Virus record (IMG/VR): IMGVR_UViG_3300032301_000717
Strand: one strand, 5' to 3'
Length of the DNA stretch: 20,000 nucleotides
From: an uncultured virus (IMG/VR IMGVR_UViG_3300032301_000717)
Lineage: Duplodnaviria > Heunggongvirae > Uroviricota > Caudoviricetes
Position numbers and translations under genes: made by a program. Shown here piece by piece: positions 8,836 to 16,709 of the stretch. Each line of letters starts with the position of its first letter. Position 1 is the first letter of the stretch. The notes under the pieces are model-generated. The model did not search any database. It was not told where the DNA came from and saw only the letters and a program-made list of their open reading frames with translations.

Positions 8836-9020
8836 TTCTCCCCCTCCTTATCGTCGGTTATAAAAAGATTACCGACTGTAATAATAGTACCAACGATTAA
8901 ATATAAAACCGCTTTAATAATAAAGCCAAGAACGTGCATGCCAACAAAGACAGCAGCAAAAAATAAACCTGCAGCAATTGAGAATTTAAAAATCGAAATA
9001 AGAATATTGACTATCAGCAT
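8832..9020 (-). CDS. Small membrane protein
   Basis: Long hydrophobic stretch; GGAGG RBS. Confidence 0.65.
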   Translation of the reverse strand: MLIVNILISIFKFSIAAGLFFAAVFVGMHVLGFIIKAVLYLIVGTIITVGNLFITDDKEGEK

Positions 9021-9066
9021 AATGCCTCCCTAATTTAGAGCCCAGAGTGCAGCCCCTGCTACCCCC

Positions 9067-9405
9067 CTAACCAGCTAGTACCCCTAGTAAATCCACAGCC
9101 TCCGTCACGTACCGCATACCATTCTTGGTACACAACTTTAAGTGTTGTGACATTGGCTCAAACAGTATGGTCTTGTTCGTTACAATCGCTATTGTATTGG
9201 ATAACTTCTGCTGCTTCTTGGACACAGCATCAACTTGCCAAGCCCTCTTATGGTATCTCGCTTTCTTCACCTCGATCAGTAGCACCTCACCATTTTTCAT
9301 AGCAATAATATCAACACCTTCCGCCCTCTCGTCCTGTTGCTTATTCAACTTGAAGCCTAGCTTCTTCAGCACTCGCCTAACTTCTAACTCCTCTTTATTT
9401 TTCAC
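9067..9405 (-). CDS. Small PD-(D/E)XK endonuclease (Hjc resolvase/Mrr/YraN-like)
   Basis: E..V...LKKLGF...GVDIIAMKNGEVLLIEVK. Confidence 0.8.
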   Translation of the reverse strand: MKNKEELEVRRVLKKLGFKLNKQQDERAEGVDIIAMKNGEVLLIEVKKARYHKRAWQVDAVSKKQQKLSNTIAIVTNKTILFEPMSQHLKLCTKNGMRYVTEAVDLLGVLAG

Positions 9406-9628
9406 GCTGCCCTCCTAATAATTTCATAAGACTGGATATATTGATATCACACTTCCTTACTAATTCTTTAAGGCATTGTTCTGTAACGTCTTCTCCTGTA
9501 GAATGATGCGTAAACTTTATGTTATGTCCAGCATCAATTAGCTCCTTGCACTCCATTAAATTCACGTATCTACTTACATGACTAGAATATAATTTTCTAT
9601 TCTTGTAATAGGTAATATTAATATTCAT
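9395..9628 (-). CDS. Stand-alone PhaR N-terminal (PHB_acc_N)-like DNA-binding protein, copy 2
   Basis: ITYYKNRKLYSSHVSRYVNLMECKELIDAGHNIKFTHHSTGEDVTEQCLKELV. Confidence 0.8.
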   Translation of the reverse strand: MNINITYYKNRKLYSSHVSRYVNLMECKELIDAGHNIKFTHHSTGEDVTEQCLKELVRKCDINISSLMKLLGGQREK

Positions 9629-9891
9629 CTAACAACCTCACCTACTTTCTTATATCCACTTCTAATTGCATTTTCTTGATCAGTTCTAACGATCATATAG
9701 TCCATGTTATAGTCCTGCTTGTTCAACCAATACAACGCTCCATACATTGTTTCAAATCTAGGACTAACCTTTCTTCTTCCCCCAAGTTTAATCTTCCTAG
9801 GAATTTGATAACATATTATAGCAACATATCTAGGTTTTTCAAACTTAACATCTGGCAATGGGATATTTGATATTGGATTCTTATTACTCAT
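9625..9891 (-). CDS. Hypothetical protein
   Basis: 88-aa ORF, RBS GAGGAG, ATGA overlap downstream. Confidence 0.65.
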   Translation of the reverse strand: MSNKNPISNIPLPDVKFEKPRYVAIICYQIPRKIKLGGRRKVSPRFETMYGALYWLNKQDYNMDYMIVRTDQENAIRSGYKKVGEVVR

Positions 9892-10063
9892 AATTAAACT
9901 CCTCTTCTTTTTTAATTAGTGCCGTTGCTAGTAACGTATTGTTTTCATAGATGAAATACCTATCTCCGAACACTAGCTTTTGTGTATGCTCTAATGCTTT
10001 AGTAAAGCTATCAAATACATTTACTTCTTTTGTACTATTTCTAATCGTTACAAATTTAATCAT
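9884..10063 (-). CDS. Hypothetical 59-aa protein (MIKFVTIRNSTKEVNVFDSFTKALEH...)
   Basis: Translated by hand; ATGA overlap and AAGGAG upstream; fills the gap. Confidence 0.6.
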   Translation of the reverse strand: MIKFVTIRNSTKEVNVFDSFTKALEHTQKLVFGDRYFIYENNTLLATALIKKEEEFNYE

Positions 10064-10218
10064 GTTAGTTCTCCTTCAATTTCTTTTAATTCATTTATCA
10101 ATGTTTGTAGAAACGTAACCCCTTCTTGCTCATCGTCGTCAAGGTGAACTGTCTCTACTTCGTCTAAGTTAGCTTGCAATTTTCCTATCACTTCATTCAA
10201 TTTTATTTTTGTATTCAT
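10060..10218 (-). CDS. Small acidic hypothetical protein
   Basis: Likely start MNTK at the ATGA overlap with the rIIB-like stop. Confidence 0.6.
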   Translation of the reverse strand: MNTKIKLNEVIGKLQANLDEVETVHLDDDEQEGVTFLQTLINELKEIEGELT

Positions 10219-11033
10219 AGAATCTCCCCGCATGTTGGACAATAATATTGAGTATTCTTATCAACTGTTTCACCACAAGTCTTACAAAGATCTTCATCGT
10301 CTTCAAAAGCCTCATCCCAAACATCCGAGTAAGCCGATGTTACTAATGGTTTAGTAATAATACCTTGAGTATCTGCTACAACTTTGAATTTACATACTCG
10401 CATCTTAGTTCCATTATAATCTGTAGGTACTGCCACTACATCAGCAGGATCAACTTCAACGTCTACTACCTTACTACCAAAGTCCTTAGCATAACTCATT
10501 GTGGCAACATGTAATCCAAATGAACAAGTGTTGTTTGGATTGTCGTCCACTTGACTGCGTGGTAATTCTACCACAGCACCAATGCTATTGTCCATTGTTC
10601 CTGTGTGTTTGTCTTTATAATCTTCTCTTACTGCACGATAAGCTATGAAGTTTCCTTCCGTTGTAATCGGGTGTCCGTTATGTTCTAAGAACTTGAACAA
10701 CATCTGTCTACTGTTAAAGCTAGGATTGTTTCGTAGCTTTCTCCAAAACTTTAGCAAAGGTTGAAAAGGTAAATTGTTGTCGTAAAATTCTAACACTCTT
10801 GTAGACAATGAGTTAGGTAAAGCCTCGTCATCTAAGTAAACTAATCCATGGCGAACATCAAAGCCTCTGTCTTTTAAATCCTTTGCAACATCAAGTAATG
10901 GAATGATGTCTTCATACTTACCTTCTCTTAGTAGAGGAATAATCTTGTCATACCTACCATCGGCACGATTAATTACAGTAGTGTTGCCATTAAAGTTAAG
11001 AATTAAACTGTCAGATAAAATCATGTAGTTCAT
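10215..11033 (-). CDS. rIIB: rIIB-like protein with C-terminal Zn ribbon
   Basis: FW..L..NPS..S...LF.FL, ITTEGNFIAYRAV, DKHTG, R..VDDNPNNTCSFGLH, V.P.DVVAVP.DY...KMRVC; directly downstream of the rIIA-like gene. Confidence 0.88.
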   Translation of the reverse strand: MNYMILSDSLILNFNGNTTVINRADGRYDKIIPLLREGKYEDIIPLLDVAKDLKDRGFDVRHGLVYLDDEALPNSLSTRVLEFYDNNLPFQPLLKFWRKLRNNPSFNSRQMLFKFLEHNGHPITTEGNFIAYRAVREDYKDKHTGTMDNSIGAVVELPRSQVDDNPNNTCSFGLHVATMSYAKDFGSKVVDVEVDPADVVAVPTDYNGTKMRVCKFKVVADTQGIITKPLVTSAYSDVWDEAFEDDEDLCKTCGETVDKNTQYYCPTCGEIL

Positions 11034-11034
11034 T

Positions 11035-12861
11035 TTATTCTCCTAATTGTTTGTTAATTTCTTCGATAATAATATTAGCAGCTTCTGTTGTTGTTACATA
11101 TAGCAATGCTTTCATCAACGGACACTTAGCTCTTAAACTTTCTTCTAACTTAACAATCGCTTCATGTTCTGCTTTGAAAGACTTATCAGTGTTCAACAAG
11201 TAATCTCTTAAATCTCTGTTAGGAACTTTGTTTAAGTGCGATAGCTTTTTAATTGACGAGTATAACTTAAAAGATAATCCTAAAGCTTCGTGCTTTCTCG
11301 CTAGTAGTTTAGCTTGCGCTTCTTTTGTTGTCAAAAGTTTTTTAGTTAAATCTTTCATGTTGCACTTAGGAATTTCATAAACCTCGTAGAAATTAAATAG
11401 ACGAACATCCATACTTTCTTCCCACAAGATTGCTTCTCTAGTATCATCGTTTACATCTCGCATCTTACACTGATGTCTACCATAAGAGCTTCTCGAAAAA
11501 GCCACACTATCGCTTGTCGCTTTCTTTACTTTAACACCTTTAACTAGTGGCGGCAAAGGTAAACTTTCTGATTGAATAATCTTAGTAAACAATTCTTTTT
11601 CAAAGGGAAGATCTTCTTTAGAAATTAACACTGTTACTTTTTCACTCAACACATAATGATTCAATCGTCTAGCTAAAGTTCCTGCATTTGTTTCCTTATC
11701 TGTTTTAATCAGCACCACTTCGTTTAAATAAACTCCACTGGAGATACCTTGTTCGACAACAAAGGTCATGCTACGTCTTTTCTTTCTAGGAAAACGTGTA
11801 TCAAAATTTCCTTTAATCAGTCTCAAAGTACCAGACTTTAAATAGTGATTATCAGAAATCTTTAGTTCAATATTCTTAATCTCATATAAACCTGAGTATA
11901 CATTTTTGTGAGCAAGTTTATCTTTGATATCTGCTATATCAAGAATCTCATTCTTCTTTTGCTGAATTAATTGTTTGCATTTTTGTTTCATAGCCTCATG
12001 CTTTTCTTTGTTCTCAATAGTATCCTGAATGTTTTCCCTTGACGGAGAAAGTTTAAAGAATCCGTTAGGAACATTAATAACAACTGTAGTATCTGATGCG
12101 GCAGCGTTAAATCTTGCCCAGTAATTCTCCTCATTAATCATTTCATATTGTATCCCGTCAATCAAATAAATTGTCTGACTATCTCTATTAGTTTCGTAGA
12201 TAGACATAACTCCTAATGAAGCCACAGGTTTATATTGTTTTATTTCACCATGCGTCACACCTTCAAACACAATATCTTCTTGCCAAAACATTACGCAGCG
12301 TTCAACCCCTTTCTTAAACTCATCTATAGATTGTCTCTTCACTGGAACAGAAATCTCTACGCCATTCGCTTCGCTCGTTGGTTCAGTTGAGAGCAAGTCA
12401 CATCCGCCTTTTTCTTTTGTCATGTAACATAAGTAAGTGTACTTCGTTCCGTTATAATAACTCACTACTGTGAAGCTATCGGTATAAGAGAAGGCAGACT
12501 TCGCACCGATACCAAAGCCACCAGTCTGCGTGTTAGTATTTCTTTTAGTAGACGATCCATAGTTTACAAAGATATTAGACATGCGATCTGGACTGATACC
12601 TACCCCATAATCTCGCACTTTGAAAGTCGGTTCAATGTTGTTTGGCACACCAATTTTCATTGGCACTTTGCCCCATGTACCCGCCTCTCGCATAGCGTCA
12701 CGACCATTACAAATATACTCTTGCACTAAAGTTCGGACAGAATGTTTATATAGCGTACTCAATACTTCCATGACCAGAGATACATCACTGATACCAAATG
12801 CCATTGACTTGTCTGGACTCATGTTCGTTTCAAAAACTTTGTTGCTGTTGTCGATAATCAT
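11035..12861 (-). CDS. rIIA: rIIA-like protein with N-terminal GHKL (Hsp90/MutL-type) ATPase
   Basis: QEYICNGRDA, VRDYGVGIS, STK, GGFGIGAKSAFSYTDSFTV, NGVEISVPV. Confidence 0.88.
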   Translation of the reverse strand: MIIDNSNKVFETNMSPDKSMAFGISDVSLVMEVLSTLYKHSVRTLVQEYICNGRDAMREAGTWGKVPMKIGVPNNIEPTFKVRDYGVGISPDRMSNIFVNYGSSTKRNTNTQTGGFGIGAKSAFSYTDSFTVVSYYNGTKYTYLCYMTKEKGGCDLLSTEPTSEANGVEISVPVKRQSIDEFKKGVERCVMFWQEDIVFEGVTHGEIKQYKPVASLGVMSIYETNRDSQTIYLIDGIQYEMINEENYWARFNAAASDTTVVINVPNGFFKLSPSRENIQDTIENKEKHEAMKQKCKQLIQQKKNEILDIADIKDKLAHKNVYSGLYEIKNIELKISDNHYLKSGTLRLIKGNFDTRFPRKKRRSMTFVVEQGISSGVYLNEVVLIKTDKETNAGTLARRLNHYVLSEKVTVLISKEDLPFEKELFTKIIQSESLPLPPLVKGVKVKKATSDSVAFSRSSYGRHQCKMRDVNDDTREAILWEESMDVRLFNFYEVYEIPKCNMKDLTKKLLTTKEAQAKLLARKHEALGLSFKLYSSIKKLSHLNKVPNRDLRDYLLNTDKSFKAEHEAIVKLEESLRAKCPLMKALLYVTTTEAANIIIEEINKQLGE

Positions 12862-13046
12862 AAATTAAGCCTCCTAATTTCTAATAATTTATTTCTAATT
12901 TCTACAATCTTAGAATGAAAATCTTCATCAAAAGTTTCGTAGCCATCCTCATCTTGAGTGAGAAACAGTACGGGAGTATCAATAGCATTGTCAAGTATCT
13001 GCGTTAAAAACCACGCAGATTGATTGTCTAATTCTAATTTAATCAT
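12858..13046 (-). CDS. Small acidic hypothetical protein
   Basis: 62-aa ORF with GGAGG RBS and ATGA overlap. Confidence 0.65.
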   Translation of the reverse strand: MIKLELDNQSAWFLTQILDNAIDTPVLFLTQDEDGYETFDEDFHSKIVEIRNKLLEIRRLNL

Positions 13047-13054
13047 AAACCCTC

Positions 13055-13219
13055 CTATTCCATTTTAATATACTTATCCATTGCTGTCTTGAGATTATCA
13101 TATTCTTGAACTAATGCCTCCCAAGTTTCGGGTAAATCGTCGTCATATGCGTTAGCATTAACTAGAATTGCAGCTTGTAAAGTTGCCAATTGTAAAATTA
13201 AGTTATTAACTTCTTTCAT
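13055..13219 (-). CDS. Hypothetical protein
   Basis: Likely start MKEV at the TAATG overlap with the DUF932 stop. Confidence 0.6.
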   Translation of the reverse strand: MKEVNNLILQLATLQAAILVNANAYDDDLPETWEALVQEYDNLKTAMDKYIKME

Positions 13220-13965
13220 TATGCTGCCATCCTTTCCGCTAAGTTCCATAACATAGCATTAATTTCTGTTTGAGTTACTAGACTATTCACTTTACGGATA
13301 GTTCTGTTTGAAGTCTTTCCATCCTTCTCAACAACAGCAGACGCACCGCCTCGGATAAGATTCTCTTGCACGACATTCATCACAGTGAAAAGGTCAAGAT
13401 TCATATCTTGTGGTCTATGTACTGGAACATTGAATGACTTAATCTGAACATCAGTACCTAATCTTTTTTGTAGGGCTTCAAGTTGAAAAGATTTTACTTC
13501 ATTAGGACTTAAGATTTTACTTTTTAGTTTATCAATCGAGTCGATAACTTTCTGATGTTGACTTACAACATTGTTGATAGCAGCGATCAATCTTGTATCG
13601 AAGTCATTCCCTGCATGTCTCACTCTAATCGGAGCAATTAAGTCATCGCCTATCACTAGACCATTAGAACATACATATCTAAAGAATCCTAACTGAATTA
13701 CTACACTACTAGATCCATCATGCGAGTTCGTTAATAGAAGTTGAGGAACACCATCAAGTGTTGCCTTTAGTTCTGGACTAGTGAATACGACACGATGTTT
13801 TTGAAACCCATTACGTTCTTTCTTACGTGTCTTCATGGCTACGAAGTTGATGAGCTTGAAGCCTAAGCCTTCGATGCGGTGGATCATGTCACTTGTTTTG
13901 GCAAGCTTATACTTGTCTGTAAGTGTGTGGAATTTCTCGTCAAGTGTGTTAATTTGTGTACTCAT
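13219..13965 (-). CDS. DUF932 (DUF945-like) family protein
   Basis: GFQKH.V.F, PQLLLTNSHDGSSS, GFFRYVCSNGLV, R.QD...DLFTVMNVVQENLIRGG, N..LW.LAE; likely start MSTQ with AAGGA RBS. Confidence 0.88.
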   Translation of the reverse strand: MSTQINTLDEKFHTLTDKYKLAKTSDMIHRIEGLGFKLINFVAMKTRKKERNGFQKHRVVFTSPELKATLDGVPQLLLTNSHDGSSSVVIQLGFFRYVCSNGLVIGDDLIAPIRVRHAGNDFDTRLIAAINNVVSQHQKVIDSIDKLKSKILSPNEVKSFQLEALQKRLGTDVQIKSFNVPVHRPQDMNLDLFTVMNVVQENLIRGGASAVVEKDGKTSNRTIRKVNSLVTQTEINAMLWNLAERMAA

Positions 13966-14031
13966 TTTGTGTCCTTTGTTTAGAGCGTCATGCTCTGTTG
14001 TTTTAATTATTCCATATTCCAATTTGTAATA

Positions 14032-14187
14032 CTAGTCGGCAAAGTTTTCCTCAGATTCAGGAAGATATGATTTTAGTTTGTCTTCTGGTATCTCAGATAG
14101 TAAAATTTCTAATGCTTGAGTTTCTTGATCCAAGATATCTCTTTTTATTTGGGATACTACCCGATCAATTAGATCATTCAATGTCAT
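14032..14187 (-). CDS. Hypothetical 51-aa acidic protein (MTLNDLIDRVVSQIKRDILDQETQALEILLSEIPEDKLKSYLPE...)
   Basis: Translated by hand; fills the gap; amphipathic helical pattern. Confidence 0.65.
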   Translation of the reverse strand: MTLNDLIDRVVSQIKRDILDQETQALEILLSEIPEDKLKSYLPESEENFAD

Positions 14188-14437
14188 AACTTACCCCATC
14201 AAGCTTAATCTTTTTAAGCGTGTTAATGTTAATGGTACGATACCCTTCAGATTGCATATCGAATACTACCAGATAGTTCTTCTCTTCTGCATCATACCCT
14301 AGTTCACCACCTTTAAGGTGTTTCTTTACTCCCAAACGGCATACCATTTCCCTAAGCGTCCCGTCTTTTTTCTGGAATACCACCGAAAAGATTTTTGATC
14401 CTACAAGTTTTCTAATTTGGTTCACTTCAGTTTTCAT
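14174..14437 (-). CDS. SH3 beta-barrel (WYL-like/DUF2693-like) phage protein
   Basis: FSVVFQKKDGTLREMVCRLGV...LVVFDMQSEGYRTINI. Confidence 0.75.
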   Translation of the reverse strand: MKTEVNQIRKLVGSKIFSVVFQKKDGTLREMVCRLGVKKHLKGGELGYDAEEKNYLVVFDMQSEGYRTININTLKKIKLDGVSYDIE

Positions 14438-14441
14438 AATT

Positions 14442-15083
14442 TTACCCCATTACTTTTTGGAAGGTATTTTCCCAACCTTGTTTTTTGCGTGACTTTTTAG
14501 CAATTAATCCGACTAATTTGATATTAGGATTGTACGCATTATCGTCATAGTCCGAAGTATTCTCATAATTATGCTCAAGTAGAGACTCAAGAGATTGAAA
14601 TACTAGAGCGTGTTTATCAGTCTCACGATTGATAAGGTCATCACGCTTCCCACCAAACGAGAAGGTAATAACCATGTTAGATGGTAAAGTTTTCTTCCAA
14701 GTATTAACGTCAGACTTAAAGAAGTTGATTGATTTGGTGTAGCTGTAGAAGATAACTGACGGATTACGTCGAGCAATCTCGATCCACTTGTCGAGATACT
14801 CCTCGGAGTAATAATCACCCGAGTCATGCACTCGGACAGCACCTACTCGGAGAGGTACAAGTTCTTGACATATTGCGTCAACAAAGTCATTTTGTTTAGA
14901 CGCTTCGAGCCTACGCTCTTGAACGTCCTTGACGCTTTTGAACAAATAGTTTCCACCCAAGGCAAAGCAACCTTGAGCGCATAAACCCGCATTAGGGCAC
15001 GTTTTTAGAGCTTCCAGACCAAAGGAAGCGGTACGGATTAGGTTCTTACTGATTTTAGCGTTACCTAAACTTAATAATGGCAT
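14442..15083 (-). CDS. GP88-family (radical-SAM-like, Cys-triad) phage protein
   Basis: GNAK, TCPNAGLCAQGCFA, VRVHDSGDYYS.EY..KW..IA...P...FYSYTKS. Confidence 0.82.
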   Translation of the reverse strand: MPLLSLGNAKISKNLIRTASFGLEALKTCPNAGLCAQGCFALGGNYLFKSVKDVQERRLEASKQNDFVDAICQELVPLRVGAVRVHDSGDYYSEEYLDKWIEIARRNPSVIFYSYTKSINFFKSDVNTWKKTLPSNMVITFSFGGKRDDLINRETDKHALVFQSLESLLEHNYENTSDYDDNAYNPNIKLVGLIAKKSRKKQGWENTFQKVMG

Positions 15084-15085
15084 AA

Positions 15086-15430
15086 CTACTCCTCATCGTC
15101 TAATAGACGTTCTTCTATTCTAGTTCTTTTCTTATAAGAAAGACAGTCGGTAATATCTACCATAGTTTTATCTATAGTAAGTACCACTTCTAAATCCTCT
15201 ACATAGGCATACCCTTCCCATGAGTTTTCAGGGTCATAGGTAGACCCCTCATCCCATTGTAATTCCGCATAGACTCTTATCTCATCAAAAGCATCGGAGT
15301 AGGGAGGATTAACCGACTCATCGACTAAGTCTATTACCATATCTAAAGGGACTGGTAATATCTTAGATAACTTATCCAGATCAAGTTCGTCAAGTTCTAC
15401 ATAGGTCTTAAGAAAAGCCTTTCTTTGCAT
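15086..15430 (-). CDS. Highly acidic hypothetical protein
   Basis: 114-aa Asp/Glu-rich ORF with GAGGGAG RBS. Confidence 0.7.
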   Translation of the reverse strand: MQRKAFLKTYVELDELDLDKLSKILPVPLDMVIDLVDESVNPPYSDAFDEIRVYAELQWDEGSTYDPENSWEGYAYVEDLEVVLTIDKTMVDITDCLSYKKRTRIEERLLDDEE

Positions 15431-15432
15431 AA

Positions 15433-15657
15433 TTACTCCCCTCTAATAATGGAGTTTACTAGACTAGTATGAGAAGCGAGTCTTGCTCCTACTTGTCGAT
15501 CCTCTTTTATCTCATATCCAAGGTCAAGGATATGCGCTATTTGATTATCGCTGAAAGACTTGACCCCAAGCAAGCGGGCAAACTTTTCCGCTAGATGACA
15601 TGATGGGTAGACTAATTCCCTACCATAAACATTCTTAGTTTTGACATAGATTACCAT
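15433..15657 (-). CDS. Hypothetical protein, first gene of the leftward operon
   Basis: KNVYG.ELVYP.C..A..FA.L.G.K; strong AGGAGG RBS. Confidence 0.75.
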   Translation of the reverse strand: MVIYVKTKNVYGRELVYPSCHLAEKFARLLGVKSFSDNQIAHILDLGYEIKEDRQVGARLASHTSLVNSIIRGE

Positions 15658-15924
15658 AGTTTCCTCCTATTTTCGGGCATTGTAACTCATTAACTTTATG
15701 GGATAATACGATTTTTTTCATCATACTATCTCAAAAAATTAACCAGTATATTATATACGTATAAAATTGAGTAAAGTAATCTATTTAGATAAACCTACTA
15801 AAGCGTTAAATAGTATATAAAACTACTGCATAGTATTATACTAAAAAACTACTGTAGATAGTCAATCTAAACACAACTACTCTACTCAATTAAAATATCC
15901 TACAATTTTTCTCACAAATCCATT

Positions 15925-16310
15925 TATCCTACGATTATACTCAACATAATCGTCACTTATTGACTTGTTACGACAAGATTCTACTCATACGCTATGCGTC
16001 AAAGTATTCCCGTTGCCTATAGTCATCTATGGTAGTCGATTGCTTAAGTCGGACTTACCTCATAGTAGATTACTCTACTATACTATACCCTTACGATATA
16101 GTCTCCTATAGCCGTACCTATATGGTACTCCTCACCGATTGCTTTTATAAGTTCGGTTACTCACTTACCTACCTTAGATCGGTAGTTCGTTTTGTCTTAT
16201 TTAGAATACTTCTTTTCTTTTCAGTATTCTAGTAGGTAAATTTTTCTCTTTCGCTCTTTCCTTTGGTTTACAAGGTTAATGCCTTGCTCTTAAAACTATT
16301 AAACCACTAC
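15925..16310 (-). ncRNA. Candidate structured non-coding RNA or structured leader
   Basis: At least 10 closely spaced or nested inverted repeats, two minus-strand GUAA tetraloops, no credible ORF. Confidence 0.55.
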
Positions 16311-16322
16311 TAAATTATAATT

Positions 16323-16630
16323 ACAAGCTAGGCAATACTTGCCGAAACGTGCTTATATCATTATATGCAAAATAGAAAAGTGTCCCTAATACTCCATTAC
16401 AGAACTATAGTCAAGATAGGCAAAACTTTCCAGTATACTAAAACAGTCAGATACTACTTGTGAATCAAATTACAGGATACCACAAAAACTCCCCATTGCA
16501 TAGATAGGTAAATATTGCCGAAACAACATAGTCAAGTAAATGGTTGAGTGATTCAGTTGTCAAGATAGGCAAAAAATTCCTAGGGTATTATAGTTGACTG
16601 TTTGGGTTTGTCAAGAGGGAAAATTATTCC
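16323..16630. repeat. Five degenerate copies of (CAAGATA)GGCAA-N3-TT(G/C)CC pseudo-palindrome
   Basis: Cores at 16331 ggcaatacttgcc, 16419 ggcaaaactttcc, 16507 ggtaaatattgcc, 16568 ggcaaaaaattcc, 16618 ggaaaattattcc. Confidence 0.7.
16587..16614 (-). promoter_or_regulatory. Consensus sigma70-type promoter directed leftward
   Basis: Minus strand TTGACA (16614-16609), 16-nt spacer, TATAAT (16592-16587). Confidence 0.65.
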
Positions 16631-16709
16631 GTATCAAAACACTTTAGTCTTCTATTTAGTAATTGAGTTAATCAGGTATTCTCTTTTTAAGTTAGGCTCA
16701 GTTTTTGAA

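Noticed and set aside
3742..14842. Antisense or alternative-frame ORFs (3742, 5745, 6151, 7872, 8454, 8746, 9125, 9676, 12620, 13835, 14603)
   Set aside because: Overlap well-supported minus-strand genes and have no motifs or RBS
15925..16310. tRNA, tmRNA, RNase P or group I/II intron identity for the hairpin block
   Set aside because: No T-loop/acceptor-stem pattern, tmRNA ends, or intron core or domain V sequences recognised; it does not interrupt a gene
16323..16630. Possible CRISPR mini-array, given the Cas4-like gene in the window
   Set aside because: Repeats are short, degenerate and irregularly spaced (88, 88, 61, 50 bp); no cas1/cas2 or effector genes
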